Shown: positions 20,168 through 28,633 of the stretch, in pieces
Layout of the letters: every line of letters starts with the position of its first letter
Numbering within the stretch: position 1 is the stretch's first letter
Assembly: GCA_046484285.1 (NCBI GenBank)
Contig: JAWOBP010000098.1
Location: forward strand, 23,345 to 87,344
Length of the DNA: 64,000 nt
Source: Polyangia bacterium
Lineage (GTDB): Bacteria; Myxococcota_A; Polyangia; JAAYKL01
Reading direction: 5' to 3'
The notes under the pieces: model-generated
Databases searched by the model: none
What the model saw: only the letters and a program-made list of their open reading frames with translations
Told to the model about the DNA's origin: nothing
Translations under genes and position numbers: made by a program

Positions 20168-23100
20168 ATGTCAGATCCAGAGCAGAAGTACCAAGAGATG
20201 CTGGAGCGGGACCCCACCGACACGCAAGCGTTCGTCAACCTTTGCGACATCGCGCAAAAAAACAGTGATTTCGAATACCTTGCCGAGCTGCTGAAGTACC
20301 GCACGCAGATCAGCAAAGATCAGACCGAGATCGTGGACCTGTATTTCCGCGCCGGCGAGATCTACCTGGATCGGTTGGGTGATTTCACGCGGGGAGCCGA
20401 GGCGTTGCTGGAGGGGTTCGCCGTGGATCCCACTCACGCCGGCATCGGCGATCGTCTCGACGCCCTCTACCGCGAGGCCGAGGACTGGGAGGGAGCGCTG
20501 CAGATCGCCGAGCAGCGCGTCCAGGCGTTGGAAGAGGCGGACGTCAACGGCACCAAGGTGGTGATCCGCTCGGATCTGCATCAGCAGGCCGGCGAGATCC
20601 TGGATCGCGCCCTGGAGGAGACTGAGCGGGCGCTGGCGCATTTCCGCAAGGCGATCGAGCTGGACAAGACCAACCTGCTGGCCGTCTACGGGGCGCGCGA
20701 GATCTACTACCGGCTGGGCAAGTACAAGAACGCGGCCAAGCTCTGCGAACTCGAAGCGAGAGTGGAGAAGGACTCGGAGCGCCGCATCGCTCTCTACCGC
20801 GAGCTGGCCCACATCCTCAGCGAGAACCTCGGCGATGACTCCCAGGCCGTGGTGGCGCTCAAGCGAGCGCTCAAGCTCGACCAGGACAGCGAGGAGGTCA
20901 AGCTGGAGCTGGCCCGCACGATCGCGGCGACCCCGCTCACCGGGGAGAGCCAGAAGGACCACCGCTGGGCTTCGGAGTACCTGATGAGAAAGGCTCGGGA
21001 CGCCGAGCCCTCGGAGAGCCTGGTGCTGGCCAGGCTGGCGCTGATGTCATTGCCCGACAGCGCCAAGGCCGTGGAGTTCATCGAAGGCAAGGCGCGTGAG
21101 ACCGGCCAGATCGAGGCGCTTTCGGAGGCCTACGAGCAGGTGATCGCCCACCTGCCGGACCTGGAGTCGCAGCGGCCGATGATCAGGCGCCTGGCGCAGA
21201 TCTACCTGGAGGAGCTCGGCTCTCCGGAGCAGGCGCTCGAGGTGGCGAGGCGCCTGGAGAAGCTCGGCTACGAGGAGGATCGTCAGCTCGTCGAGCGGCT
21301 CTCCAGGGGAGTGGCCGTGCGCGCCTCGCAGGCGCCACCGCCGGCGGAGCCCGGTGCCGAGGCCCAGCCCCGGGAGGCCACCCCGTTCGGGGCCCCCGAT
21401 CACGGCGCGTTCGGCCAGCCCGAGGACGAGGCCGAGCTCGCTCAGATAGAAGAGGTCGGCGACGAGGCATTCGAGGAGATCGAGCCCGAGGCCGAAGAAC
21501 AGATCTACGAGGCGGAGCCGGAGGAGGATTTCGGCGGCGGGATTCCGGAGGGGATGAGGGCCGAGGATTACATCGAGGAGCTGCACAAGAAGGCGGAGCG
21601 CGCCCGCAGGAGCGGCGACGACGCGACCGCCGAGGAGCGCATGCTGCAAGTTCTCGATTACGCTCCTCACGATCAGAAGGCGACGACCTATCTGGAACGG
21701 CGTTTTCGCGCGCGGGGGGATTGGATGTCGCTGCGTGACCTGCTGCTCAAGTCCGCCGGAGCTCCGCACCTCCCGGCCGCGGTGCAGACGGTCAGACTGC
21801 GCGAGGCCGCGAGGCTCTCCGAGGAGCAGCTCGGGGACATCGAGGGCGCGATCGAGGCGTGGAAGACGATCCGCGAAAACGACCCCAAGGTCCGCGACGC
21901 GGCCGACGCGCTCAAGCGCCTTTTCGCCGACTCGGATCGCTGGGACGAGCTGGTCGAGATCCTGGAAACCGAGGCGGAGACCACCAAGAGCCGCGCCAAG
22001 CGGATCGAGGCCTACCGCCGGCTGGCCGAGGTCTATCGGGTCCGCATGGGTGATTCGGCCGCTGCGGCCGAGGCCTACCAGAAGGTGCTCGACCTGAGCC
22101 CCGAGGACGAAGACGCGATCGCGGCGTTGGACGAACTGTACCTGCGCGAGCAGCAGTACGACAAGCTGGTGCCGCTTTTGGAAAAGCGCTCCGAGATGAC
22201 GCGCGACCGCGAGCAGAAGCGCGAGCTGGCGCTGCGCGCGGCGACGATGCTGAGAGAGAGACTCGATCGGACCGAGGACGCCTACGCGAAGGCCGAGGAG
22301 ATCCTGGAGTTCTCCGCCAACGACGACGACGCGCTGGCGTTGATGGAATCGATTGACGAAGAAGAGGAGCGCTGGGAGCGGCTCTTCGAGGTGCTCGGAA
22401 GGCGCGCGCGCAACCGCGAGGACGACCAGCGGGCCGAGGTGCTGCGCAAGCGGGCGATGACCGCGATGCACCGCATGCAGGATCCCGGTCTGGGAGTGCG
22501 GGCCTGGCACGAGGTGCTCGACGCGGCGCCCGGCGACGCCCAGGCGATCGACGCTCTGGTAGAGATTCACCAGGAGCGCGGCGAGTGGGAGAAGCTGGTC
22601 GACGTGCTGCGCATCCGCCTGGAAGGCATGGATGATCCCACCGACCGCGCCGAGGTCCACCGCGAGATCGCGCACGTGCTGGAGCGCGAGCTGGACCGGC
22701 CGGACGAGGCGATGGAGTCCTGGCGCGAGGTGCTAGAGGCGGGCGAGGACGTGGAGTCGCTCGGCGCGCTGTCGCGCTACTACGAGCGGATCGAGGACTG
22801 GAGCGAGCTGTCGGATGTGCTGGAGCGCCAGGCTCCCTACGCCGAGGACCACACCCAGCGCGCCGAGATTTTGTTCCGACGCTGCTCGCTGCTGGCCGAA
22901 AAGCTGGGAGAACGGGACGAGGCCTTGCAGGGTCTGAAAAAGATCCTGCAAGAGGTCGATCCCACGCACGTGCAGACACTGGAGCTGCTGCGCGAGATGC
23001 TGGTCGAGGACTCCGACTACGAGCAGGCGGTGGAGGTGCTCGAGCAGCAGATCGCACACACCGAGGACGAGGGGCGGCGCAAGGAGCTGCTGGTCCTGCT

Positions 23101-25477
23101 CGGCGACTGGTCGCGATCCGAAATCGACGATCTCGAGCAGGCGATGGACGCTTACGAGAAGGCGGCGCAGATCGAGCCGGACGACGAGCTGGTCGACGTG
23201 CTCGACGAGATCTATGTCGAGCTGGAGGCCTGGGAGAGCCTGCTCAAGCTGCTCTACGGCAAGTTCCAGCGCGTTGAGGACGAGCAGGAGAAGCTGAAGA
23301 TCCTGCTTCGGGGCGGCGAGATCTGCGAGGAGAAGCTGGAGGACGCCGAGAAGGCATGGTCCTGGTACCGCCAGGCTTTCGATGCGCTCCATCACTTCGA
23401 GGAGACCGTCTCGGCGGTCGCGGAGGCCGCCCATCGCCTGGAGCTGTGGCAGGAGCTGATCGACGTCTACGGCGTGATGACCCGCGCCGCGGAGGAGATC
23501 GGCGAGCAGAAAAAGTGGTGGATCGAGATTGCCGAGGTTTTCGAGCAGAAGCTCGGCGACCCGGCGCAGGCGCTGGAGGCCGTGCTGCGAGCCTTCGGGC
23601 TGGATCCCGACGACGTGGAGATGCTCGATAGGGTCGATCGGCTGGCCGTGGCCGCGCGCAACTGGCAGCGGCTCTCCAACGTCTACGGCGTGCTGGCCAA
23701 GCGCACCGAGAGCAAGGACGAAAAGCGTGATCTGCTGATGCGCTACGCTCGCGTGCTGCACGAGGACGGCAAGGAAGCCTCGCAGGCGTTCGGCGTGGCG
23801 CTCAGGGCGTTCGAGCTGGAGCCGACCAGCGAGGAGCTGCTGGACACGGTGGAGCGGATCGGCCGCGAGGCCGGGCGCTGGGACGACCTGATTCGCGTCT
23901 ACAACGTCGTGGCGAACCTGGTCGAGGACGTGGAGCGCAAGGCCGATCTGAAGATGCGGGCTGCGGTGGTGCTGCGCGACGAGCTGGAAGATGCGGACGG
24001 CGCGCTGACCGTGGGGCTGGAGGTTCTGGGGATCGACCCGTTCTCCGACGAGCTGACCGACAAGGTCTGGCAGATGCTGCGCGAGTTGGAGGACGCGCTA
24101 CTGACCACGGAAAAGGGCATCTACTGGGGCAAGCTCGTGGAGCTGTACCGCCAGCTGGTGCACGAGCATCGCCACGAGCGCGAGAACCAGGTCGACCTTT
24201 TGATGATCATCGCGCGGATCTACGCCGAGGAGTTGAACGACGAGGCCGCGGCCTTCGAGTGCATCAAGGAGGCGCAGCAGATCAACCCGCGCGACGAAGC
24301 GACGATCGACAGGCTCGAGGAGATGGCGCGCCAGCACGATTTCTGGGAGGGGCTGGCCGATCACTACTCCGACATCCTGGACGAGACCTTCGAGATGGAC
24401 GTGGCCGTGATGTACCACCGCCGCAGGGCTCGCATCCTGGCCGAGGAGCTGGATCGCGCCGAGGAGGCCGCGGATCACTACTGGCAGATCATCCAGCTCG
24501 ATTCATCGGACGAGAAGGCCTACCAGCAGTTGCTCGAGTACTACGAGAAGACCGAGAAGTGGAACGACCTGGTCAACCTGCTGGAGCGCCAGCTGGATGC
24601 CACCCGGGACGACGATCGCAAGCGCGAGGTCTTGTTGCAGATCGCGGGCGTCTGGGAGGAGAAGATCGGCAATCGGTACGAGGCCAAGGACTGGTACGAG
24701 CAGGTGATCACGCTCTGGCCCGGCAACGAGGAGGCCGAGGCCGGCCTGGCCAGGCTGGAGAGCGGAAAGCGGGCGGCCGTCGTCGACGAGGACGAGGAAG
24801 AGGAAGAGGAAGAGGAGGAGGGGAACGAGGAAGACGACGACATCAAGTCGTTGATCTCGATTCCGCCGCCCGCCCCGAGTGACGAGGACGAGGAGGAATT
24901 CGAGGAGGAGCCGGAGCCGGAGCCCGAGCCCGAGGAGGAGCCGGAGCCGGAGCCCGAGGAGGAGCGGGAGGAGGAGCCCGAGGAGGAGCCGGAGGAGGAG
25001 CCCGAGGAGGAGCCGGAGCCCGAGCCCGAGGAGGAGCCGGAGGAGAAGCCCGAGCCCGAGCCCGAGGAGGAGCCGGAGCCCGAGCCCGAGCCCGAGGAGG
25101 AGCCGGAGCCCGAGCCCGAGCCCGAAGAGGAACCGTCATCTACCGGGGGAGACGAGGCTTTCCTGCCCGATCCCGATGCCGAGCAGATATCGTTCATGCC
25201 GTCGTCGGAGGAGACGTTGTCGCAAAAAGAGGCCGAGCCGGATCTCTCGGATCTGGGCGAGGAAGACGGCGCGCCGGCCCTGAGCCTGGACGACGACGGC
25301 GAGGCGATGGACGCCTCGGATCTGGTCGAGGAAGAGGAGGCGATCGACGCCGACGACCTGGTCGTGGACGAGCGCTCCGTGGGAGGCCGGGGCGACTCCG
25401 ACGAGCCCGAGGAGGTAGAGGCCGATGACCTGATCGAGGAGATCGATCCCGACGAGATCCTGGATGAAGACAAGTAG
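20168..25477 (+). CDS. Giant TPR-repeat protein (1,769 aa) with poly-acidic E/P/D-rich C-terminal tail
   Basis: About 1,480 aa of TPR-like helical repeats, then a ~280-aa tail of EEEE and (EEEPEPEP)n repeats ending DEILDEDK. No signal peptide. Confidence 0.7.
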   Translation: MSDPEQKYQEMLERDPTDTQAFVNLCDIAQKNSDFEYLAELLKYRTQISKDQTEIVDLYFRAGEIYLDRLGDFTRGAEALLEGFAVDPTHAGIGDRLDALYREAEDWEGALQIAEQRVQALEEADVNGTKVVIRSDLHQQAGEILDRALEETERALAHFRKAIELDKTNLLAVYGAREIYYRLGKYKNAAKLCELEARVEKDSERRIALYRELAHILSENLGDDSQAVVALKRALKLDQDSEEVKLELARTIAATPLTGESQKDHRWASEYLMRKARDAEPSESLVLARLALMSLPDSAKAVEFIEGKARETGQIEALSEAYEQVIAHLPDLESQRPMIRRLAQIYLEELGSPEQALEVARRLEKLGYEEDRQLVERLSRGVAVRASQAPPPAEPGAEAQPREATPFGAPDHGAFGQPEDEAELAQIEEVGDEAFEEIEPEAEEQIYEAEPEEDFGGGIPEGMRAEDYIEELHKKAERARRSGDDATAEERMLQVLDYAPHDQKATTYLERRFRARGDWMSLRDLLLKSAGAPHLPAAVQTVRLREAARLSEEQLGDIEGAIEAWKTIRENDPKVRDAADALKRLFADSDRWDELVEILETEAETTKSRAKRIEAYRRLAEVYRVRMGDSAAAAEAYQKVLDLSPEDEDAIAALDELYLREQQYDKLVPLLEKRSEMTRDREQKRELALRAATMLRERLDRTEDAYAKAEEILEFSANDDDALALMESIDEEEERWERLFEVLGRRARNREDDQRAEVLRKRAMTAMHRMQDPGLGVRAWHEVLDAAPGDAQAIDALVEIHQERGEWEKLVDVLRIRLEGMDDPTDRAEVHREIAHVLERELDRPDEAMESWREVLEAGEDVESLGALSRYYERIEDWSELSDVLERQAPYAEDHTQRAEILFRRCSLLAEKLGERDEALQGLKKILQEVDPTHVQTLELLREMLVEDSDYEQAVEVLEQQIAHTEDEGRRKELLVLLGDWSRSEIDDLEQAMDAYEKAAQIEPDDELVDVLDEIYVELEAWESLLKLLYGKFQRVEDEQEKLKILLRGGEICEEKLEDAEKAWSWYRQAFDALHHFEETVSAVAEAAHRLELWQELIDVYGVMTRAAEEIGEQKKWWIEIAEVFEQKLGDPAQALEAVLRAFGLDPDDVEMLDRVDRLAVAARNWQRLSNVYGVLAKRTESKDEKRDLLMRYARVLHEDGKEASQAFGVALRAFELEPTSEELLDTVERIGREAGRWDDLIRVYNVVANLVEDVERKADLKMRAAVVLRDELEDADGALTVGLEVLGIDPFSDELTDKVWQMLRELEDALLTTEKGIYWGKLVELYRQLVHEHRHERENQVDLLMIIARIYAEELNDEAAAFECIKEAQQINPRDEATIDRLEEMARQHDFWEGLADHYSDILDETFEMDVAVMYHRRRARILAEELDRAEEAADHYWQIIQLDSSDEKAYQQLLEYYEKTEKWNDLVNLLERQLDATRDDDRKREVLLQIAGVWEEKIGNRYEAKDWYEQVITLWPGNEEAEAGLARLESGKRAAVVDEDEEEEEEEEEGNEEDDDIKSLISIPPPAPSDEDEEEFEEEPEPEPEPEEEPEPEPEEEREEEPEEEPEEEPEEEPEPEPEEEPEEKPEPEPEEEPEPEPEPEEEPEPEPEPEEEPSSTGGDEAFLPDPDAEQISFMPSSEETLSQKEAEPDLSDLGEEDGAPALSLDDDGEAMDASDLVEEEEAIDADDLVVDERSVGGRGDSDEPEEVEADDLIEEIDPDEILDEDK
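24785..25135. repeat. GAG/CCC/GAG/GAG/CCG-type short tandem repeats encoding the (EEEPEPEP)n acidic tail
   Basis: Direct reading of 24781-25140. Confidence 0.8.
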
Positions 25478-25498
25478 TGCCGGGCCCCGGTCCTCGCC

Positions 25499-26629
25499 CT
25501 ACAGACCTTCGATCTCCACCTTCTTCTCGGCGCTTTTCAAAGGTAGATAGAGGATCATCAAAGCCGGATCTTTGGCCATCGGCGGTTCCTCGAGCAGCAT
25601 CACGCGCGGATCTCCGGAAGGTGTGCGGCCCTCGGCCATCGCGCCGCCTTCGAGAGTCTCGAGCAGCGAGGAGACGCTGCTCACCGGGCCCCGGTGGACG
25701 ATGCGCACCGCCTCGGTGGGAGGCAGCGTCTCGGTCGGCCTGTCGGTCGGCGCTCCGCCGCCCACAGTGGGGCAGGGGGCGGGAATCTCCACTTCCTGGC
25801 CGCCAACCTCGCCGCGTACCACCCTTCGCGCCGGAAAAGAGATCAGGCTCGGCTGATCGGTCACCGGCGGGATCGGAAGCTCGAAGGCGCGGGAGTCGTA
25901 GGCGTCGAAATCGACTCTCTCCATCCGTTCGTCCCAGATCGTCTCGCCGCCGTGAGAAATCGTGCGCCGCCAGGGCACGCGCATCTTCTTCGACTCGCCC
26001 CACTCGGGGATTTCTACCTCCCAGTGGGTCTTGTTCCCCATCGAATCCTTGACCCTGATCTTCGCGAGCCTCAGCAGGCCGGAGTTGTCGGAGTAGGCCG
26101 CGCGAATTCGGTGATTCGATCTCTTGGGACGGATCTGGACCACCGCGCACCGCTCTCCGTCGATCGTGACGGGATCGCGCATCGTGAAGTTGGCGTCCAG
26201 CTTGGCCGCGTCGCCGGCTGGAAAGGTCAGCCCCACCAGGATTCGGACCGGCGTTACCCACAGCGACTCCTCGGGAGTGCAGCGCGCCGGCACGTCGTGG
26301 ACGATCTTGCGGCAGCCGTCCATGGAGTAGACGTACGAGATCCCCTGCTCGACGTAGTCGAGGCGCCAGCGCCGGGGACCGCCGAGCATGTAGGAGACCG
26401 GAAAGCCGCGATCGCCGACCGTGGCGTCGGCCTCGATCTTCACCTCGGCGCCGGCCAGCCGCAATCGCTCCAGACCGCCCATCGCATCGAACGAGCGCCT
26501 GATGATCGAGATCGCCTGCTCGGACTCGCTCACCTGCGGCTCCTGCGGCTGAGGCGGAGGCGGCGCGGGTCCTCCGCAACCGAACAGCGTCAGCGCGCCC
26601 AGGATGACAGCCATGTACGCTCTGCACAT
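25499..26629 (-). CDS. Hypothetical periplasmic lipoprotein
   Basis: Lipobox LFGC plus a Pro-rich linker. No confident family. Convergent with the TPR giant. Last gene of the minus-strand array. Confidence 0.5.
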   Translation of the reverse strand: MCRAYMAVILGALTLFGCGGPAPPPPQPQEPQVSESEQAISIIRRSFDAMGGLERLRLAGAEVKIEADATVGDRGFPVSYMLGGPRRWRLDYVEQGISYVYSMDGCRKIVHDVPARCTPEESLWVTPVRILVGLTFPAGDAAKLDANFTMRDPVTIDGERCAVVQIRPKRSNHRIRAAYSDNSGLLRLAKIRVKDSMGNKTHWEVEIPEWGESKKMRVPWRRTISHGGETIWDERMERVDFDAYDSRAFELPIPPVTDQPSLISFPARRVVRGEVGGQEVEIPAPCPTVGGGAPTDRPTETLPPTEAVRIVHRGPVSSVSSLLETLEGGAMAEGRTPSGDPRVMLLEEPPMAKDPALMILYLPLKSAEKKVEIEGL

Positions 26630-26717
26630 CTCTCGTCTCCTCGGTTGATCTGCCCCCGGCGGGGGCGGCGCAAAGCAGTGTAGCGGTTCGTTCCGATCGA
26701 GTCGAGCTTCGCGGTCG

Positions 26718-27227
26718 CTACCTGCCTCGGCCCTCGCGCGCGCCGGTGGCCAGCGAGCGCAGGGTCAGCAGCATCGCCAGCGCGATCCCTGCCAGCGGAG
26801 CCACCATGAACAGCACGATCAGGGCGGTGCTCGGCAGCGAGACAACCGGCTCGGCGACATTGGTCTGGTAGATCAGCTGGTAGACCGCCAGGAAGAAGAC
26901 GTCGAGCAGCAGAAGCGCGGTCTCGACGATGCCGCGTAGCTTCTCCACCGCGATCGATCTGCGCTCGGGGGTGGAAAGCCAGTAGCTCTTGCCGGGGACC
27001 GAGAGCATCCGGTCGCTCATCCGGGGCAGCCGGGCGTGCAGCAGGACGAAGGCCAGGTTGGCGGCCCCCAGCACGATCAGCCACTCGGCGACGAACAGCG
27101 AGACGCCGGTTCCGCCCCGTCCCGGCTCGGCGCCCAGTTCGACGGGCAGCTGTCCGCGGGTCGCCAGCAGGTAGCCGACGTGCACGGCCAGCGGAACGAT
27201 CCACAGCACTCGTCCGAGATGCTTCAT
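26718..27227 (-). CDS. Small 4-TM integral membrane protein, translationally coupled to the upstream FHA-protease
   Basis: Start ATG at 27225-27227 overlaps the upstream stop (ATGA). 169 aa with four hydrophobic helices. The long ORF 26718-28034 was trimmed because its first ~270 aa are Arg-rich shadow-frame sequence. Confidence 0.6.
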   Translation of the reverse strand: MKHLGRVLWIVPLAVHVGYLLATRGQLPVELGAEPGRGGTGVSLFVAEWLIVLGAANLAFVLLHARLPRMSDRMLSVPGKSYWLSTPERRSIAVEKLRGIVETALLLLDVFFLAVYQLIYQTNVAEPVVSLPSTALIVLFMVAPLAGIALAMLLTLRSLATGAREGRGR

Positions 27228-28516
27228 CTGGGCTGCGGATATCGCGCCCCGATCGACGGGAAGAGCGGTTGCAACAGGTCGATCCTCATTCCAAAGTTGT
27301 AGCCGGCCAGCGCCTGGCCGTTCTCGATGTATCCTCCCGAGTTGATCCCGATCACGTAGCCGGCCGAGTCGAAGATCGGGCTGCCCGAGGTTCCGCTCGA
27401 GGAGAAGGCGGAGTGCTGGAGCAGGGTGTTTTTTCCGAAGTCCCCCAGCTTCTGGTCGAAGCCGGTCACGCGCCCAATATCGCCCTTGACGAAGGTCGCC
27501 TCGGGCGCGTTCTCGCGGTTGAGCCTGCCGGGAAAGCCGTAGAGGAAGACCGGCACGCCGGGCGCCACGTGCGAGAGCTGGGAGGGCGGAGCGATCGAGC
27601 AGATGTGCTGCAAGCGGGTCGCGACGCGGACCAGGCCCACGTCGGGGGAGATGCGCCCCTCCTGGTAGCCGGGGTGCGCCACGGACTGCACGACGCGGTA
27701 ACGGGCGTTGGGCACGCCGTTCATCAGCGCCCAGACCGAGCCGAAGTGCCGCCGGCCCGCCAGCAAGCAGTGGGCGTTGGTCGCCAGCAGGTCCGGCCCG
27801 ACGGCGAAGGCGGTGCAGTAGCCGTCGAGCTGGGCGCTGCCGAGCGGGCTGGGTGCCGGGCTGCCGGCCAGCAGGAAGACCGCGTAGCGATTGCGGGCGG
27901 CGATGCTGCCGCCGGCCGCGTCGCCGTAGCTGACCTGCTGGATGACGTTGACCGCGCTCGGTTTCTGCCAGATGTACCAGGCCGTGATCGCGACGCCGAT
28001 CACCGCCAGCGAGACCGCTGCCAGCACAATCCATTTCAGTCGCGAGGAGGTGCTGCGCACCTTGCGGTCGACCAGCGCCTCGAAGTACTCGGTGGACTTG
28101 CTGGTTCCCGAGACGCGCCCCAGCCCGGCCTGGGCCAACGCCTGCTGGATCAGCATCCCCACCGTGCGCTGGCCGTACTTCTTCTCATCGGGCGGGCGCT
28201 TCTCGGCCGCGGTGATCTCGACGCGGAACGCGGGACCGTCGCGTCCGAGCCGCACGGTTTCGCTCGGCTCCAGGCGCCGCGACTCGATCCGCTCGCCCTC
28301 GACCCAGGTGCCGTTGGTCGAGCCCAGATCCACGATCCGAGCCGTGTCGCCCTCGGCGCGGATCTCGGCGTGGCTGCCCGAGACAAGGCCGTCTTCCGGC
28401 CTGTCGAAGACCAGGTCGTTGCCGGGAGCGCGACCGAGCCGGATGCGCCGCTCGTCCGCGAAGCTCCGCCTGTTGCCGTCGCGCGCACCGCCGATATGGA
28501 CGACCGTCAGCTTCAC
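27224..28516 (-). CDS. FHA-domain / transmembrane / trypsin-like serine protease fusion
   Basis: N-terminal FHA motifs (GRAPGNDLVFD...VSGSHAEI...STNGTWVNG-like STNGTWVEGERI). One TM (LKWIVLAAVSLAVIGVAITAWYIW). C-terminal chymotrypsin-fold protease with His (TNAHC), Asp (DVGLVRV) and Ser (GTSGSPIF). Confidence 0.75.
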   Translation of the reverse strand: MKLTVVHIGGARDGNRRSFADERRIRLGRAPGNDLVFDRPEDGLVSGSHAEIRAEGDTARIVDLGSTNGTWVEGERIESRRLEPSETVRLGRDGPAFRVEITAAEKRPPDEKKYGQRTVGMLIQQALAQAGLGRVSGTSKSTEYFEALVDRKVRSTSSRLKWIVLAAVSLAVIGVAITAWYIWQKPSAVNVIQQVSYGDAAGGSIAARNRYAVFLLAGSPAPSPLGSAQLDGYCTAFAVGPDLLATNAHCLLAGRRHFGSVWALMNGVPNARYRVVQSVAHPGYQEGRISPDVGLVRVATRLQHICSIAPPSQLSHVAPGVPVFLYGFPGRLNRENAPEATFVKGDIGRVTGFDQKLGDFGKNTLLQHSAFSSSGTSGSPIFDSAGYVIGINSGGYIENGQALAGYNFGMRIDLLQPLFPSIGARYPQPR

Positions 28517-28633
28517 TGGCTCGTTCTCCGATCGAGAATCGAGCGGATGATATCAACGGCCCACGTGTCGGGCAACGCCGGATCCCGTCCAGAGAGATGT
28601 ACCACAATCGACTGATGTGGTGCGCAAGCAGGA

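Noticed and set aside
25478-25498. ccgggccccgg palindrome between convergent genes as terminator
   Set aside because: The stem would have a 1-nt loop, which is sterically impossible.
26718-28034. 438-aa ORF as a single gene
   Set aside because: The first ~270 residues are Arg-rich nonsense overlapping the FHA-protease gene in another frame. Trimmed to the Met at 27227, which overlaps the protease stop codon.
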